Below are positions 33,815 through 48,355 of a stretch of 64,000 bases of DNA, one piece after another. The notes under the pieces were generated by a model. The model was not told the DNA's origin, did not search any database, and was given only the letters and a program-made list of their open reading frames with translations. Position 1 is the stretch's first letter, and each line of letters starts with the position of its first letter. The translations under genes and the position numbers were made by a program. The DNA is from Daphnia carinata (lineage: Eukaryota), in contig NC_081332.1 of NCBI RefSeq assembly GCF_022539665.2, forward strand, positions 1,364,001 to 1,428,000. Direction: 5' to 3'.

Positions 33815-35836
33815 TACATCATAAGGTGATGTATGATAAGGTTAGAATAACAGCATGAGGTATACCTTTCATGTTATATCTACACTTACCAGGTATAACT
33901 TCTCATTAGTGTGATACATTATGCTAGTAGTCTTTGTTAACGCAGTTGTGTTATTAGTTTTGAATTCTGGAACCAAATGAAAAAACTGATTTAGAAATGA
34001 AAGACAAAACTTGCTGTTTCCTAGTATGCTTGCTTGCTTGGACTTACCAGTATTGGAAAATTCTTTTTCAAGCGCAGCAGCAAAGTAAATCAACTACAAG
34101 TTACAGGACAATTTCGGAAAATTAAAAAATGAACTATAATCTCCTTTACAAGGTACACAAGACCTGCATAGTTTCAATCGTAAACTATAGTAAATCAACA
34201 TAATATGGCCTTTCAAAGTTCTTAAAGTTTAGTTTTCAGGTACGACCTGTATACCACTTCAAAGCACTACCACATCCAAAATAATCGAAGCAAATGTTTC
34301 AAAACCATGCCTTTAATTTGATCGTACCTTGTTCTATGCCCAACAGTTTACATTTTGTGTTGGTAACGAAGCAGTGTAAAATTTGCACATGAATAATGAG
34401 GATGGAGGTAAAAATAACAATAAAGAAAGAACGATACTGTTCCGACGAAGGAAACTCAAATACACGCTTTCAACACAACAACAAAGTAAACAATGAGAAT
34501 CACATGGCAAAAAAGCAAAAAATAGTTTTGATTTCGGCCGCTAGAGGCTGGTGAACCTGCAGCGCCGTCCGCTCGAAAATAAGTTCAGCCAGCATTTAAA
34601 ATAAGCCCGTCTGTTACCATTTTTAAATTTTTTTTTTTTTTCAAAAACTTCGATCTTCCCCCAATAATACGTGGTGTAGATTTGTAACACGACCGTCTGT
34701 CGGAGAAGACTAGAAAATTAAGTTCCATAATTGTTCTTTGGCTTAAACTGAATCAGGATCGAAATGTTTCGCCCTACAGAAATGACATTTGACTTGCGAA
34801 ACAACGTTGTATACGTACTCTATTACGACTGCATTCAGATCGTCTTACATTAAGCAAAGGTTCATATATAAGGCTTGCCTTAAGGAAAACAATGGAAGCT
34901 TCAGCATTTACCATAGATTCCAATCATCTGGGAAGAAGGTTGTAATATCAGCAATAGCAGCAGCATCGGCGATAACCATTCAGCATTTTCAGCCATTCAG
35001 CACACCCCAAGAAATCCGCGCTGCACAATGAGATAGGCGGGGCCTTATTGTACAGAAATAAATTGCATAAATTATATCAACCACCTGTGTTGATCTTGGT
35101 TGTTGGTGTTCTTGTTTTTCGACATGCGTATCAGCCAAATGCTTGCACGTGCCAGACAAGGTGGCAATATTGTGTGTTGCACAAGAGATGATTGCACAAG
35201 CGACTAACAGGTTGTAAGTTTGTAGGTCAATGCTGAAAATTTTTGTCTGTTGCTGCTGGTGAAGACCCAAATTTTAAGATAACGAGTGCAAACCCTGTCC
35301 TCAATATTAATTTTGCGTTGGCTTTACATAGCAAAGATTTATTCAATACGTTAGGCACATTGCTATGTTCTATATCGTTGCCTTTGTCATATGTCCTAAA
35401 GTAAACATTTATCGTCGTGTCTGTCGCTCTCGATTGTTTTTTACTCCCATCTCGCCAAATTGGAGGAAAGTGCGCCGAACGGCTCGTGATAATTACACAA
35501 ATCACGAATTTCACTTATAAATTTATTTAATGGGACTAGCTTTGGACTTGTTGTAACCAACCTCCCTCCACATTTGCGTCCCGAAGCTTCCTTTCACTCG
35601 TGTCCTTCGTAGCACGCAAATAATTTCAAATGTAGAGCTAACTAGCCTGTGTTGGCAAAAAAATTTCTTTCACACTGCTTGTATCCGGTTTCTCTCAATT
35701 TTTCCCGCTTAAGTCGAAAAAAGGGAGGTATAAAAGCCGGTGACTTCGAAGCGATTGGCACAGCACCTTCCACTGCTTCGTTCGAGCAAGTTGAATTCGA
35801 AATATCTGCAAAACACGCTGTTCAAGTTCATCAACA

Positions 35837-36264
35837 ATGGCTGCTAATTTGAAGGTATGTTTCTTTTTTCTTAAATGGCACTTACGATTTCGTTTCAATT
35901 TCATCGCTAAAGAAATGTTTTTACTTTACCGATTTGTTCTTCCAGATCGCAATCCTTATCGTAGCGCTGATGCTCGTTGCTGTGGCAGTGGCGAAGAAAG
36001 CCAAGAAGGTAGCCTATGTTTACTACACCGGAGGTTACGGTGGCGGTTACGGAGGTGGTTCCAGAGGTGGCTATGGAGGCGGCTACGGAGGGTATAGCAG
36101 TGGTTATGGCGGCCACGGAGGTTACGGAGGTACAATGGTTGCCATAGTTCCTGGCTGTAACAGCGTGTTAAAAGACTAGTGAAACTAATAATTATTTTTT
36201 TTTTTACGTCTGTAAAATAATTCCAGGTTATAGCTCGGGATATTCCGGTGGATATGGCTATTAA
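35837..36264 (+). CDS. Small secreted Gly/Tyr-rich protein (GGYG repeats; cuticle/structural or glycine-rich defence peptide)
   Basis: TATAAAA at ~35729; exons 35837-35854, 35946-36129, 36227-36264; signal peptide, KKAKK, then GGYGGGYG repeats ending GYGY*. Confidence 0.85.
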
Positions 36265-37495
36265 TATGGCATCCCACAGCGATAACTTTTCGGCGAGCTA
36301 AACAATCCTTAATTTATGAAGTCTTAGCGTTTTTTCATTCTCCTGTTTAGAAATACACGTACGTAGCAAAAAAAGAGTATTACAGTGTTTTTAATGGACT
36401 TACTTTTGGTACGTACTTCGTACCATCTTTTGGTCGTTTGTCCTGTTTTTCTACCGTGCGCGTTACACGAGTAAGCAAAAGATTATTAGTGGTCTAGTTG
36501 TTCAGTTGGAAGGACGCATGTGACTGGTAGAACGGGTTCCTATGGGAGATTAGTCGCGTTACGATTAGTCATCAAACATATGCGATACTTAAAGGATTAG
36601 AAGAAAAAAAGAACGTCGATAGCAGCGTACACGGTCAACAAGAAGGATTTCGTCTTTAAGATGATGGTCTCTAATAAAGGCTTCTAAAGTCGGGCAATAT
36701 AATATCTAGAACGTAAATAAGATTAATACATTGCAAAACATTGCCAGAATCGTAAGAAAGCTAAAGGTTTACCGTCCACGGGAAATGTCCCAACTTTTTC
36801 TTTTGTTGCTCATTCCAAAAATAGTCAAAGACTTTTACCTTCTGTTCCGAGTCCAATTGATATTCCTCTGCCAGAATGGGATTGCACAATCGAAATAGAA
36901 AATTACGTCGAGCTCTACGTAAAGGAGGGTCCACTGTGACGTCCTTTTTCACGAGTTTCCAACATCCATTTTCAAAATACCAAAGTCTTCTGCAGCTTCC
37001 GTTCGTAAACCGGGATCCTCGTCAATATCCTTACAACAAATTCCATAACCTAGACCCCCTAAATTCTGAAAGATTACTATGTCAAAACAAAGCAACGTCG
37101 TTAATTTAACATTATATCCCATCTCAATCTTGAGTCAATGTCTGCGTCTTTATTCACCGTTTAAGTTGTTTTTGTTCAATGCAATTTCTGGTTGTGATGC
37201 AACATAAAGAAAATAAACATTTCGCTATTCACAATCTGTGAAGAAAAAAAAATTATGGGGGAAGGGGGCGAAAGCTATACACTGAATCGAACGTTACTTG
37301 AGACTTCCATTTAAACTAGATGTTAACTTTTGTTGGCTTACAATTTCAGATAAAGGAGTTAATGAAAATGTTGCTTACTTCATTGCTCATTTTTACTCCC
37401 ACTTTTCAACGCTAGAGGGTTGCGGATGTGTATCAAAATTTCATTAGTTTTGCAGGTTTTTAAATTTGGCAAATGTAATGGCGGAAGGCGTTACG

Positions 37496-40400
37496 CTAAC
37501 TCGACAGGGCGACAGCTAGGTGGACGGAAACTAAAGCGACGATAATGATGCGGGAAATGAACGACGAGGCGTTGATAGATCCGGCACTGCCATTTTTACT
37601 CCGGTGACAGGGTTCCGTAATGTGACGCGTTTTGGACATTAGCCAGTAAAAAGCTCGCTGCGAAAACAAAACAAATAAAAAAAAATACATAAAAAGATAA
37701 TGAGAAGACTCATCAGTTAGTTGCGACCTATTTTTGATAGTTTAAAAACAAAAACAAATGATAAACACAAAAATAGATAGGGTATGCTCACCATCCGATT
37801 TTGGCGTTTCAACTCTTCGCCTACTTTGATCCTCACCATGGCGTGATAGTGATTCAACCAATGCAGCTATAAATGACATTAGATTAATGGCTGTTTCGCT
37901 GTTCCATCGTAAAGAAATACCTGTTTAAATGTCATTAGCTCGGGCACAATTAAGTACGGATCGAAAGGCACCAACGATACCACCTCAAAGCCCAAGAAAC
38001 GTCCGTCTCGTTGGTGCTAAAAATAAAAGGCCAGCGTTCTCAGACGCTCAGTATTCGATGTCATGTGATGCACAATAATTAGAAATACCTCAAACGTTTT
38101 ATTGATCACCCGCAGAATAGATTCCAAACGGATGCCAAATTCATTTTCTTGGTAAAATCCAGGCTCTGTGCAAAAATTCGCATTTTTCAAGCAAAGAGCC
38201 AACACGTGTTATTACGTTTGTATACTACGTACCATCAGAGAAGAAGTAGTTTTCCTCGAAATGATGGCCAACTTTGCCGTAAATACGAATTTGAATTGGA
38301 CCTTGAAACGAGCCAGATAAGTGAGATGATAAAGCACATTTCGAAAGTCGTTATAAGGGAAATGTTACTTTCGTGTACGTTGAGAAATGAACCAATGCCA
38401 TGCCCAGTCCCATGTAGGTAGTCCAGTCCGGAGCTGTACAAGTGTTGACGAGCTATCACATCAATCCTGGTGTCATCAATCGAGTCGGGGAAAACCAGTG
38501 TGGCCAGGTCGATAGCTCCCATTAAAACCCGAGTGTAAATCTCTTTCTGACGCTGCGTCGCCCGACCAAAATGGAATGTACGCGTCACATCCGTCGTCCC
38601 GTCTAGACCCGTCCAAAGTCACAATCATCAATCATTTTGAAAAAGAGAAAGGCCAAAAAAAAAAAAAAAAAAAACGGAACGACGTACCGAGATATTGGCC
38701 ACCAGAGTCGATGATCAAAAACGAAGAATTGTCAATGATTCGATTGGTTTCCATTGACGGCCTGTAATGGATAACTGCGCCATTGGGTCCGAAGGCAGCG
38801 ATCGTACTGAAACTTGGTCCTCGGTTCAGATCCTGCTGTTGGCGATACTCGTCCAAGGTGTGAACGACTTTCAACTCGTCCCATTGCACTTTGCCTTCGT
38901 GTACCTTAAAAAGGGCAACAAAACGCGATGCGATCCATCAACTTCATCAACAAAACGAGGCTGATATCGATTGAAAAACAAAAAATGAGAAATTCGAACC
39001 TGTTCTTGGAGAAGAGAGAGAAAATCACAGAGGGCCACTGCATCTTTCATATGGGCGTTTTTCATTCCCTCCACTTCGATGGCATTTTTTGTCGCCTTCA
39101 ATAAAATCAATGGCGAAGGAGATGTCCGTCTCTTGTCTGCCGGAATCTGTATCAGCAAGCGAGCCAAAAATAGTCAAAAAAAAAAAAACAGCCACACCAA
39201 AACAAAATAGGGGAACGTACCGTTTCGTAAATGGCAAAACTGACTCCTCCACTATAGGCGTATTTCGATGGAAGTAGAATGGCGTTGGCTTTGGCTGTTA
39301 AACGGGGCAGGTCGCTGAACACATTTTCATATCGCCTTATTCTTTATCGCGTCCACAGACATCCAATCGAAAAACAAAGTAACAATCGTACAAAAATAAG
39401 AAAGATTAATGGAATAGAAGTAGGGAGAGCGAGTCGTTCCCGTAAATGGGGCAGGTGATTAGATACAGGCGCACCACCTCCCCACATCATAATTTTTCAC
39501 TGTCTGTCATTGAAACAAACCGACAGTGTTTCCACTTCCTCGTCCCTTCTATATAAAACTAACGCCGTCACGACCATCACAACAAGACAAATCCTTCACC
39601 ATAAGGGCGTGGCAATCGGCCTACCGCGGAATTTCTTCTTTTGTTTTTGCATAAATCAATAAGCATATCCTTTTCGTACGGTCAGGTAAAAATAAACACA
39701 CGAACAAAAGACGCACATTTAAATTTTTCGAAAAATCCCCAAAAATAAATAAATCAACAAAAAAGTGAAGCCAAATGGATATTGTTTGTCGTTGGTGGGT
39801 GCCGCCTGTTAGCCTCGTAAAAATAAAAAGGAATCCCGATGTTGTTCTTTTTGATGATACGGGGATACTTTCACAGTCATTAGTGGTTCCATCTTGACGT
39901 ACGTGATGAATGATGGTACCTTATATGTCATTCCTTCCCCATCGAAACATCTTCTGACCTCCTCTTTCTTTCACGAGGCCGTAAATAGCCGGCGTGTGTC
40001 GGGCGCCCATATCAGGCAGGCACACACATCTCTCCAAGACACACCCTTATTATTATTCCATCTACATTTGTGGGCGCTGAATGACGAAGGGCAAGCGACG
40101 CGAGATCAAATAAAAAAAAAAAAAGACTTTTTTTTCGCACTTACTCAACGCAAAGGTCATCGGGCTGATCCCGGAGGCAGCGATCACTCTCCAGATGCTC
40201 CCTGATGGGCGCCACTTTTAATTTCAACGGCTCGACGAAGAGGACGACCTGCTGGAGCGAGAGGTAAACGTAGCTCTTGACCAGCGGGCTGTAAGGCACG
40301 TCGGCGCCGCGTAGATTCAAGAGCCAAGCGATCTCGTCGAGGGCCGTCACGACAATCGCGTCCAAGCCGAGTTCCTTTAACTCGTTGCGCACCGCGCCCA

Positions 40401-43189
40401 CCTTCTCCTGCCACGACTGCCCTGTCAAAGTTAGAGAAAAATAAATAATAACAATAGCTTTGTCTCACTTGATGACGGATGAATGCATCTGCAACAATAC
40501 CCGCGTAGGCAATGTCGTGTATAAAAGCCGGACGAGGGTTGGGTTTAGGTCTTCCATTGTCCTCATTCCAAATGGAATCGACTAGATTGGCTTGAATCGC
40601 GTCCAATTTGATTCCACTTTCGGCTATTAAAAAAAAAAAAAAAATTAAACGTTATTTCATCATTTTTAATGTATGAAAAAGCATCAATAATTAAATACCG
40701 AGTTCGGAACGCCATTCGAGCCACTGATCGGCACTGACCAATTTCGGATCAGCTCCGATGCGGTCGCCAGAAGACAGGACGGACTTGAGCCATTCACTGA
40801 TGCTGGGCACTTGATCTTGGCCGGATTTCATGACGATCCATTGGCAGTCGAGTTGTTGATCTGCCTGCAGGTGATAGCGTCCGTCTACCCAAAGAGCGGC
40901 CAAGTGTTGCGTCACGACCGCCGTTCCAGCGCTTCCCGTGAAACCCGTCACGTACTGGCGTCTCCTGTCGCTCGGGGAAACCATTTCAGTCTGCGAATAG
41001 ACAACAAACGCGAGTACGTCAATCAGATGGCACGCATCATAAAGATTTCGAGTCAATGTCAAGATCACGTCAAATTTTGACGTAATGAAACGCGCCCTTT
41101 TGCATTTTGTTTTTTTCTTGGGAAATTCTTTGGCACCGACATGTTCCCACATTTCATTCTGTACTCCGACCACGAACAATGTTAAGATGTGTCCAAGAAA
41201 TGAACCCCCCCCCCCTTTCTATTGCGCATCACATTGCAGAGTGATAAGGAAATAAAGGATTTCTTAAGATGACATGGATAAAAAGCTAAAGCTGCTGCTT
41301 TAAAACTCTCCCTTTGGGGGGTGTTAAAAAGGAACTTTCGTTAACAAATGACACGGCAGACATTATCATTCTAACAACAGCGTGATTACCCTCAGGCCAA
41401 TTTTCTTTCAAAAAGAGTACTTGGGTGTGTCACTACGCATGTGACTGATATTGCTTTCCATAGCCTGCAGTTTGATTTTCGAGACACTCGGTTGACAAAG
41501 CCGTTAACAAACGCCATTAAGTGAAGGGGGGAAAGCCATAAAAATGCGTTGGTTCTTCGAACATAAAGATGGCCTTAATGGATCGGTATGTGTAAATCTG
41601 GTTGGCCGTTTGGCTGTTACCTGGTGTTCGTCGTCACTTGTGATGATGTACGCCTTGAGCGGTGCTCCTCTGACTAATTTGACGGCAGACATGGCGACGC
41701 GCAGCTGTTGCAGCCTCAGCGTCGTATTGACGCGGTTGATCGGCTGCTCTTGTCGATGAACGCCGTCCAGGCAGCCCAGACGATCGGGCGCGGTGCGGCT
41801 GCTAACAACCTCGGCCATCCAAACGCCACTCGTCACTATGCCCATTAAACAACAAAAGGTAAATAATAAAAACTCAAACGAGATCATATCAAATTCTATG
41901 GGAGGCTAACCGTTTGCCCATTCGTTTTGAGCATCTTAAAATAGGCAAAGGAGTGCTGTACTACCATACTAGAGATGCGGGGAGAATGGGGGGCGTCGCT
42001 CGTCAGTGACACGCTGACGAGTGCGTTACATCAACATTAGCGATGGCGGCAGACGCAAGGGGCAAAAACAAAAAGGATTTTTTGTTTTTTTTTCTTTCAA
42101 AAATATTTCTTGTTCCGCCTTTTCAATGCGTGTTGTCCCCACCCCGCTTGTGTGGTCGTTGTCGGCATCCGGCGACGCTGGATACTTACGTTCTACCGCC
42201 ATCGTGTAACAAGGTGTACAAATGCGGTCGGATAAGCCAAAAAATGTAATACATTTTCTTTTTGTTTCTTTCTTTCTTGTTAAAAAAAAGAAAAAAAAAA
42301 GAAACGTAAAAAAAAAAAAAAAAAAAAAAAAATGTCTTGGTACCTTTAAAACAAATCACGAGGAATTCTTAAAAGACAGCAGGGGGGGGGGGAGTGGTTT
42401 GGCAAGCTGAATGACTCATCACGTATATAAAGGTGCACTCCTTTTTTTTTTTATGTGTACGTTGGCTAACGAGTTTTCTTATAGACACCATATGGGAATG
42501 CGCGTTATTACACTATTCCAAGGCCGTTTCGCCAAGGCAAAAATGTTGTGGCTTTTAATGGAACGAATGGAAGTTCTTGTGATGGATGCAAAGAAAATGG
42601 CAAGGGCATGTACGGCATACGCCACCGACTGTTTAAAAACACAAAACACTGTTTCCATCTGGTAACTTGGTTAACAAAAATTGTTTTTGCCCGGCAGTTG
42701 AATGAAAACATAAAGTAAATTCAATGCGATTTCAATTGGCAATGTCTTGCGTTGCGCGATCTGATTATTTTTAAAACTCCTTGCATTTTTTTTTAACACG
42801 CTTTTCTTGGGGAAATAAATTGGAGGGCTACTGTTCCGGATGGATTTCTACGAAAAGGATTCCGGCGATTTTGTCGACTCGACATTTTCCTTCGAGCAAA
42901 AGAAATAAAAAGCGACGCGGGTGCCAAAAATAGAAATAGAATTAAAATTTGGTTTCTTCCAAACGGCGGTAGATGAACGATCGGAAATTGCGCGCCATTG
43001 TTTTGATTAGTTACAACAAAAACAAAAACATCCGCCCGTTTCCGTTTACACATTTTTTTTTTTCGATCGTGACGGCAAAAAAAAAAAAAAAAACAGGCGG
43101 GTGACTACGGGAAAACACGGAAGAAAAACCCGTTCCAGGTTGAACTACTTACCGTACAAGACGATGAGCAATGATTGCAGACAAATCAT
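37496..43189 (-). CDS. Xaa-Pro aminopeptidase (aminopeptidase P, M24B), secreted and probably GPI-anchored; copy A
   Basis: [64 protein letters not shown] motifs; N-terminal signal; hydrophobic C-terminal tail (IIIVALVSVHLAVALSS*). Confidence 0.93.
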
Positions 43190-44659
43190 TTTCCTTGTAA
43201 TTTCACTGATGCGTTAAAACAGGAACGAAGACATCAAAATGAAGCACTTGTCAGACACTTCACCTGTTTCTTCACACTCGATAGTTTTTAGCGTGATTTC
43301 GATAGCGACACGTTTCTTTTTCCCTCTTGGAACACGCAAGCGATAGATGATGTGCGCGAGCGAGTGCTGCTGGCGCCTCACTGCGCCTTCGGGACCAACA
43401 GCAGCCGCTCGTCATGTTTGGAACTCTGCGTGTGTGTGTATGCATTCAAAAAAGCCCACCTCCTCTTCTTCCCTGTGACTAGTCAGCCATGCAAGCTTTT
43501 GCTTGGACTCCCCCCTTTGCGTGTTTGCTGCTCTGCTCTCCTTCACCCGATTCTTTTTCGCCCCTTTTTTCTCTTATAGCAAACTGAGAGAGCGTCCACC
43601 GTCTAATTTCGGTCATCGGCTCCCAACCGCTCCATACCTTTATAAATACATCTATATTTAGATGCCTTTTCTTTCGACTGTTTCAATTTAACAAACTTAT
43701 TCTTTTTTTGCTGTGTCCGCTTGTCTCGCGAACTTCCTTTCGCGAACAAACAACAAAAGGCGCTTTCTTCTTATTGGTTGGGACCTTTAAAAACAAACAA
43801 ATAAAAATGTCAATCTTTTTTTTTAGATCTTTCACTCAAACGATAGCAAATGATTTATTACGTGATAGATGAACAGAAAAGAGATGCAGATTGTTTCAAT
43901 TCTTACCATAGCTGTAGATGCCATGTTTGACGTCGTGCGTTCTCGTTGTATCTCCAGTTTACGGGAGATGCAACATATTTTCTGCGCAATTTTTTTTCTA
44001 ATCTCCGGTAGTTGTGCTCTTGTGTTCGTTTCGTGCGTACTGACATTAGGGGAGGGCGTTGTCTTTTATTTTTTACTGTTTCTTTTCTTCTTTTTTTTTT
44101 TTTTTTTTTTTGTACATTTCGACGTGCCAATCTACATATCCTGCACCTCCGCCCCACAACTACTACCATTTTCTTCCTCTTCTTCTGCAGATACAATGTT
44201 CAACGCCTCTTTTGCCCCCCTTTTTTTTTTCTTTTCGAGAATTTATCGACCTTTGGCTCCAGGCTGCACTCGACTTCAACAGCAATAACTCTTTGTAAGG
44301 TGTATCTCGCACTATCGAGACTAGTTTTGCAGCTTCACCCATTTTTTTTTTTTTTTTTGGCGAGAGATAATCCAAGTATCTTGACATTTTTCTAGACCAT
44401 CTACGTGAAAAGATAAAATGTCGTGTAAAAGGCCCTTACATTCCTTTCTTCTGCGATTGTTTCGGCCAGCCATGGAACTGCTTCATCAGCTGGGAGTTGA
44501 GCTTTGCTAGACATGAACAATTATGATGTAACGTGGAATAATAAGAATTATAGTACGACATTTAGTTCTATAAATAAAAACATGATAAAGTGTAATGGCC
44601 TTAGAAATGAATTGTTGCCTCTTAAAAAAGACGAGATGGGCGGGGATTCTAGGTGTCGG

Positions 44660-47600
44660 TTACGGTGAAGAGGTTACCGGCCGAGTTTTGGAGACGAGCC
44701 AGGGCCAGCATCCGCCTGTACTGCTGGTCGACGCTGTGTTTCGCCGTTGTTGTAACTCAGCGCCGACGTTCAGCCGGACCAGTTGGTGGTAATCGTTCAA
44801 CCACTTCATCTGTTATTAATATAACGCACAAGACACGCGACGGTTAAAGGCACAAAAACAAAACAGAAGACAGATTTGTAGGGTGCCCATTTATACACGG
44901 TAGTTTGATGGCGTAGATTTCCAGCAACTACTTTGTTTGCTTTGGCTCCAAAAGCTGGAACACGAAAGTGTCGGAAGAAAGAAAAAGGAGAACGAGCGAA
45001 ATGTACACAGGCAATGATGGGGTGCTTTGCTCACTTGTTTGGAGGTCATCACGTCGGCTAGAATCAAATTGGGCTCGAACGGGACGAGAGTCACGGGCTC
45101 AAAGCCAAGAAACCTATTCCCGCCATAGTGAGACTCCTCCTGTGGATGCTGCTCCTATTTTTCCGTGGAATGTTGTTGCCATTGTTTGTCATCCATCAGT
45201 GAAACCAGCCCCCCCCCCCCCCCCCGAAAGAACGTCCAAGAAAAGAAGAATAGTTGGGTAAACAACACACGTTTCAATGGACGTGGCTAAATGTACCGTC
45301 ATGTTTACGTCGACGACACGAAGGATCGTTTCCAATCGGATGCCGTACTCATTGGCCAAGTAATAACCTGGTTCTTTAAGAATGTTGAAGATAAACATAA
45401 ACGGCTAGTAGGTGAAAATCGTAAATGATAAAAACGAGATAAGATCTCACCGTCAGAAAAGAAATAGTTGGCGTGGAAATGATGAGCTTCTTTGTTGTTG
45501 GTGTTCACTTGAATGGGACCTGCGTAATAACCGTGTCAAAAACAAACCAATCAACATTTCAATTTGATTTAGTTGTTTACATACTTTCGTGAACGTTGAG
45601 AAATGAGCCAATGCCATGGCCGGTTCCGTGAAGGTAGTCCAGTCCGACCTGGTAAAGGTGTTGACGAGCGATGATATCTATGCGGCTATCGGCAATCGAG
45701 TCGGGGAAAACTAGTGTGGCCAGGTCGATAGCTCCCATTAAAACCCGAGTGTAAATCTCTTTCTGACGCTGAGTCGCACGACCAAAATGGAACGTACGGG
45801 TCACATCCGTCGTCCCATCTAAAGATCACATTCATCAATCATTTTGAAAAGAGTGAACCCGAAAATGGAACGACTTACCGAGATATTGGCCACCAGAGTC
45901 GATGATCAAAAAAGAAGAATTGTCAATGATTCGATTGGTTTCCATCGACGGCCTGTAATGGATAACTGCGCCATTGGGTCCGAACGCAGCAATCGTGCTG
46001 AAGCTTGGTCCTCGGTACAGGTCCTGCTGTTGGCGGTACTCGTCCAAGGTGTGAACGACTTTCAATTCGTCCCATTGCACCTTGCCTTCACGAATCTTTA
46101 AAAGGCAATCATTAAAAAAGTTCGATCAGTCACTCTCTTCATCGAAACGAAACTTCAATTAATTCAAATTGAAAAAAGGTAAAAAAGAAATAAATTTTAA
46201 CCTGTTGTTCAAGAAGAGAGAGAAAATCGCAGAGGGCCACTGCATCTTTCATATGGGCGTTTTTCATTCCCTCCACTTCGATGGCGTTTTTCTTCGCTTT
46301 CAATAAAATCAATGGCGAAGGCGATGTTCGTCTCTTGTCTGCAGGAATCTGTATCAGCAAGCAAGCCTTAAATAGTAAACAGCCACACCAGGAATTTCTA
46401 ATTAATTAAAAAAAAAGCAGTAGAACGTACCGTTTGGTAAATAGCGAAACTGACTCCTCCACTGTAGGCGTAGTTCGAGGGCAGCAGGACAGAGTCGACA
46501 TTCTCCGTTAAAACGGGCAAGTCGTTGAGGACGTTGTCGTAGTGTCTCACTCTGTCAACAAGATGGGTCTACGTTAGGTGGGCATTCCAAACAAGCAAAG
46601 CATTGAGCATGGCCAACGCTTTTTTATTTTTATCGACCACGCACTCGACACAAATAGTTCCCTCTTGACATTCGTTCAAGTGTTGCCAGATCAGCTCCGT
46701 CATTTTCGTCGGTTGGATAAAGAGCACAATGCGATCCAGCGATAAATATACGTAACCTTCTACCAAGGGGCTGTAGGGCACGTCGCCACCCCTCAAGTTC
46801 AACAGCCAAGCGATCTCGTCCAGGGCCGTCAATACAACGGCATCCAGCTTTTGTGCCACTAGCTCATTCCGCACTGCGTCCACTTTGTCTTGCCACGATT
46901 GACCTGGGAAACAAGAGAAACTTGTAAAAAAAAGAAAGTTACAATGTTTTTATTAGGGCTCCGCAATGCCCCATTTAATGAAGACGGCCAAAAAATCAGG
47001 GGTCATTAAAAATCAAACGGACTCAAAGACCCTAAAAAAAAAAAACCTACCATTTAACATGGGCGCATTAAGTGGTGCCTTAGCCAAAACAGCTAGCATT
47101 CCGTGTTTTTATAAGAGCTTATAAATTATACGGTCGAGTGTTGTGCATAATAAATAGTCTAGTATACAGTACCGGAGTAGGCTATGTCGTGAACGTAAGC
47201 CGTAGTGCTTGGTTTATTGCTGCTGCTGCTGCTGCACGCCGAGTTGTTAGGACTCACGACTTTGGCATGTTTCCAAACTGCGTCCACGAGATTGGTTGGC
47301 AAAGCATCCAGCCAAATGTCGCTTCCGGCTGTATAAGGGGATCCCGGACAAAATAGCACAGCAGAGGGAAAAACAAAAAGTTTGTTAAGTTTTAATAGTC
47401 AGCATTTTTTTCTACCCGTGAACGACAGTGGATTGTAAAACGTCATCGACAGGCAAACAACACCTGTATGTTTAAAGTGCTAGGCAAAGTTTTTTTGTTA
47501 TTTTCTTACCGAGTTCGTTTCGCCATTGCAGCCAATGATTGGCGTTGACCAATTTCGGATCGGCGCCCACTCTATCACCCGGTGACAGGACAGACTTCAG

Positions 47601-48355
47601 CCAATGGCTAATCTCAGGCACCTGCGACGACGAGGAAACAATCCGAAATTACCAAAAGATATTGTTATTTAATTTCTTTTTTTTTTTTTTTCTCCAGAGA
47701 TGTAAAAGATTAATCTCTACCTGATCCTGTCCTGATTTCATCAGTATCCACTGGCAATCCAGTTGTTGATCAGCCTGAAGATAGTAACGTCCATCTGTCC
47801 ATAAAACAGCTTGTTTGTCTGTTACGACAGCTGTCCCAGAACTGCCAGTAAAACCGGAGACAAACTGCCGTCTGTCGTTTTCTGGTGAAATCATCTCAGT
47901 TTGCTAATGGAAATGCAACCATAGAAACGTGTCTAATCAATCGCCAAGATCAGTAGCCACTTCGTTGTCCATTCGCGTGTGAGCTGAATACCTGATGCTG
48001 ATCTTCACCAGTGATGATGTAAGCATTTACATTTGACAAAGCCATAGCCTTTCTCAACATTTCCACACGTAAAGACGTGTTCACACGATTGGCTGGTTCA
48101 GGGTGGTCATGATCCGGTGGGCAAGCCAGTCGATCCATCATATTTCGGTAGACAATGGCCTTGATTGTTGGCAATGTTGAAGCAGACAAAGTGCTTTTCG
48201 CCATTAACCAAGCAATAATAACTTTTGTTTCACGACAATGTTAAGCAAAAATTTCAATTAGTTACATATGCAATTGATTGGGTTTCCAAAAATAGATTTT
48301 CTTACTAACCGGTTATGGCGAAACGTGGTTTGCTTGTGGCAGCACGTGCTTCCAT
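44660..48355 (-). CDS. Xaa-Pro aminopeptidase (aminopeptidase P, M24B); tandem copy B
   Basis: Same motif set ([39 protein letters not shown]); last exon ends [13 protein letters not shown]. Confidence 0.9.
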
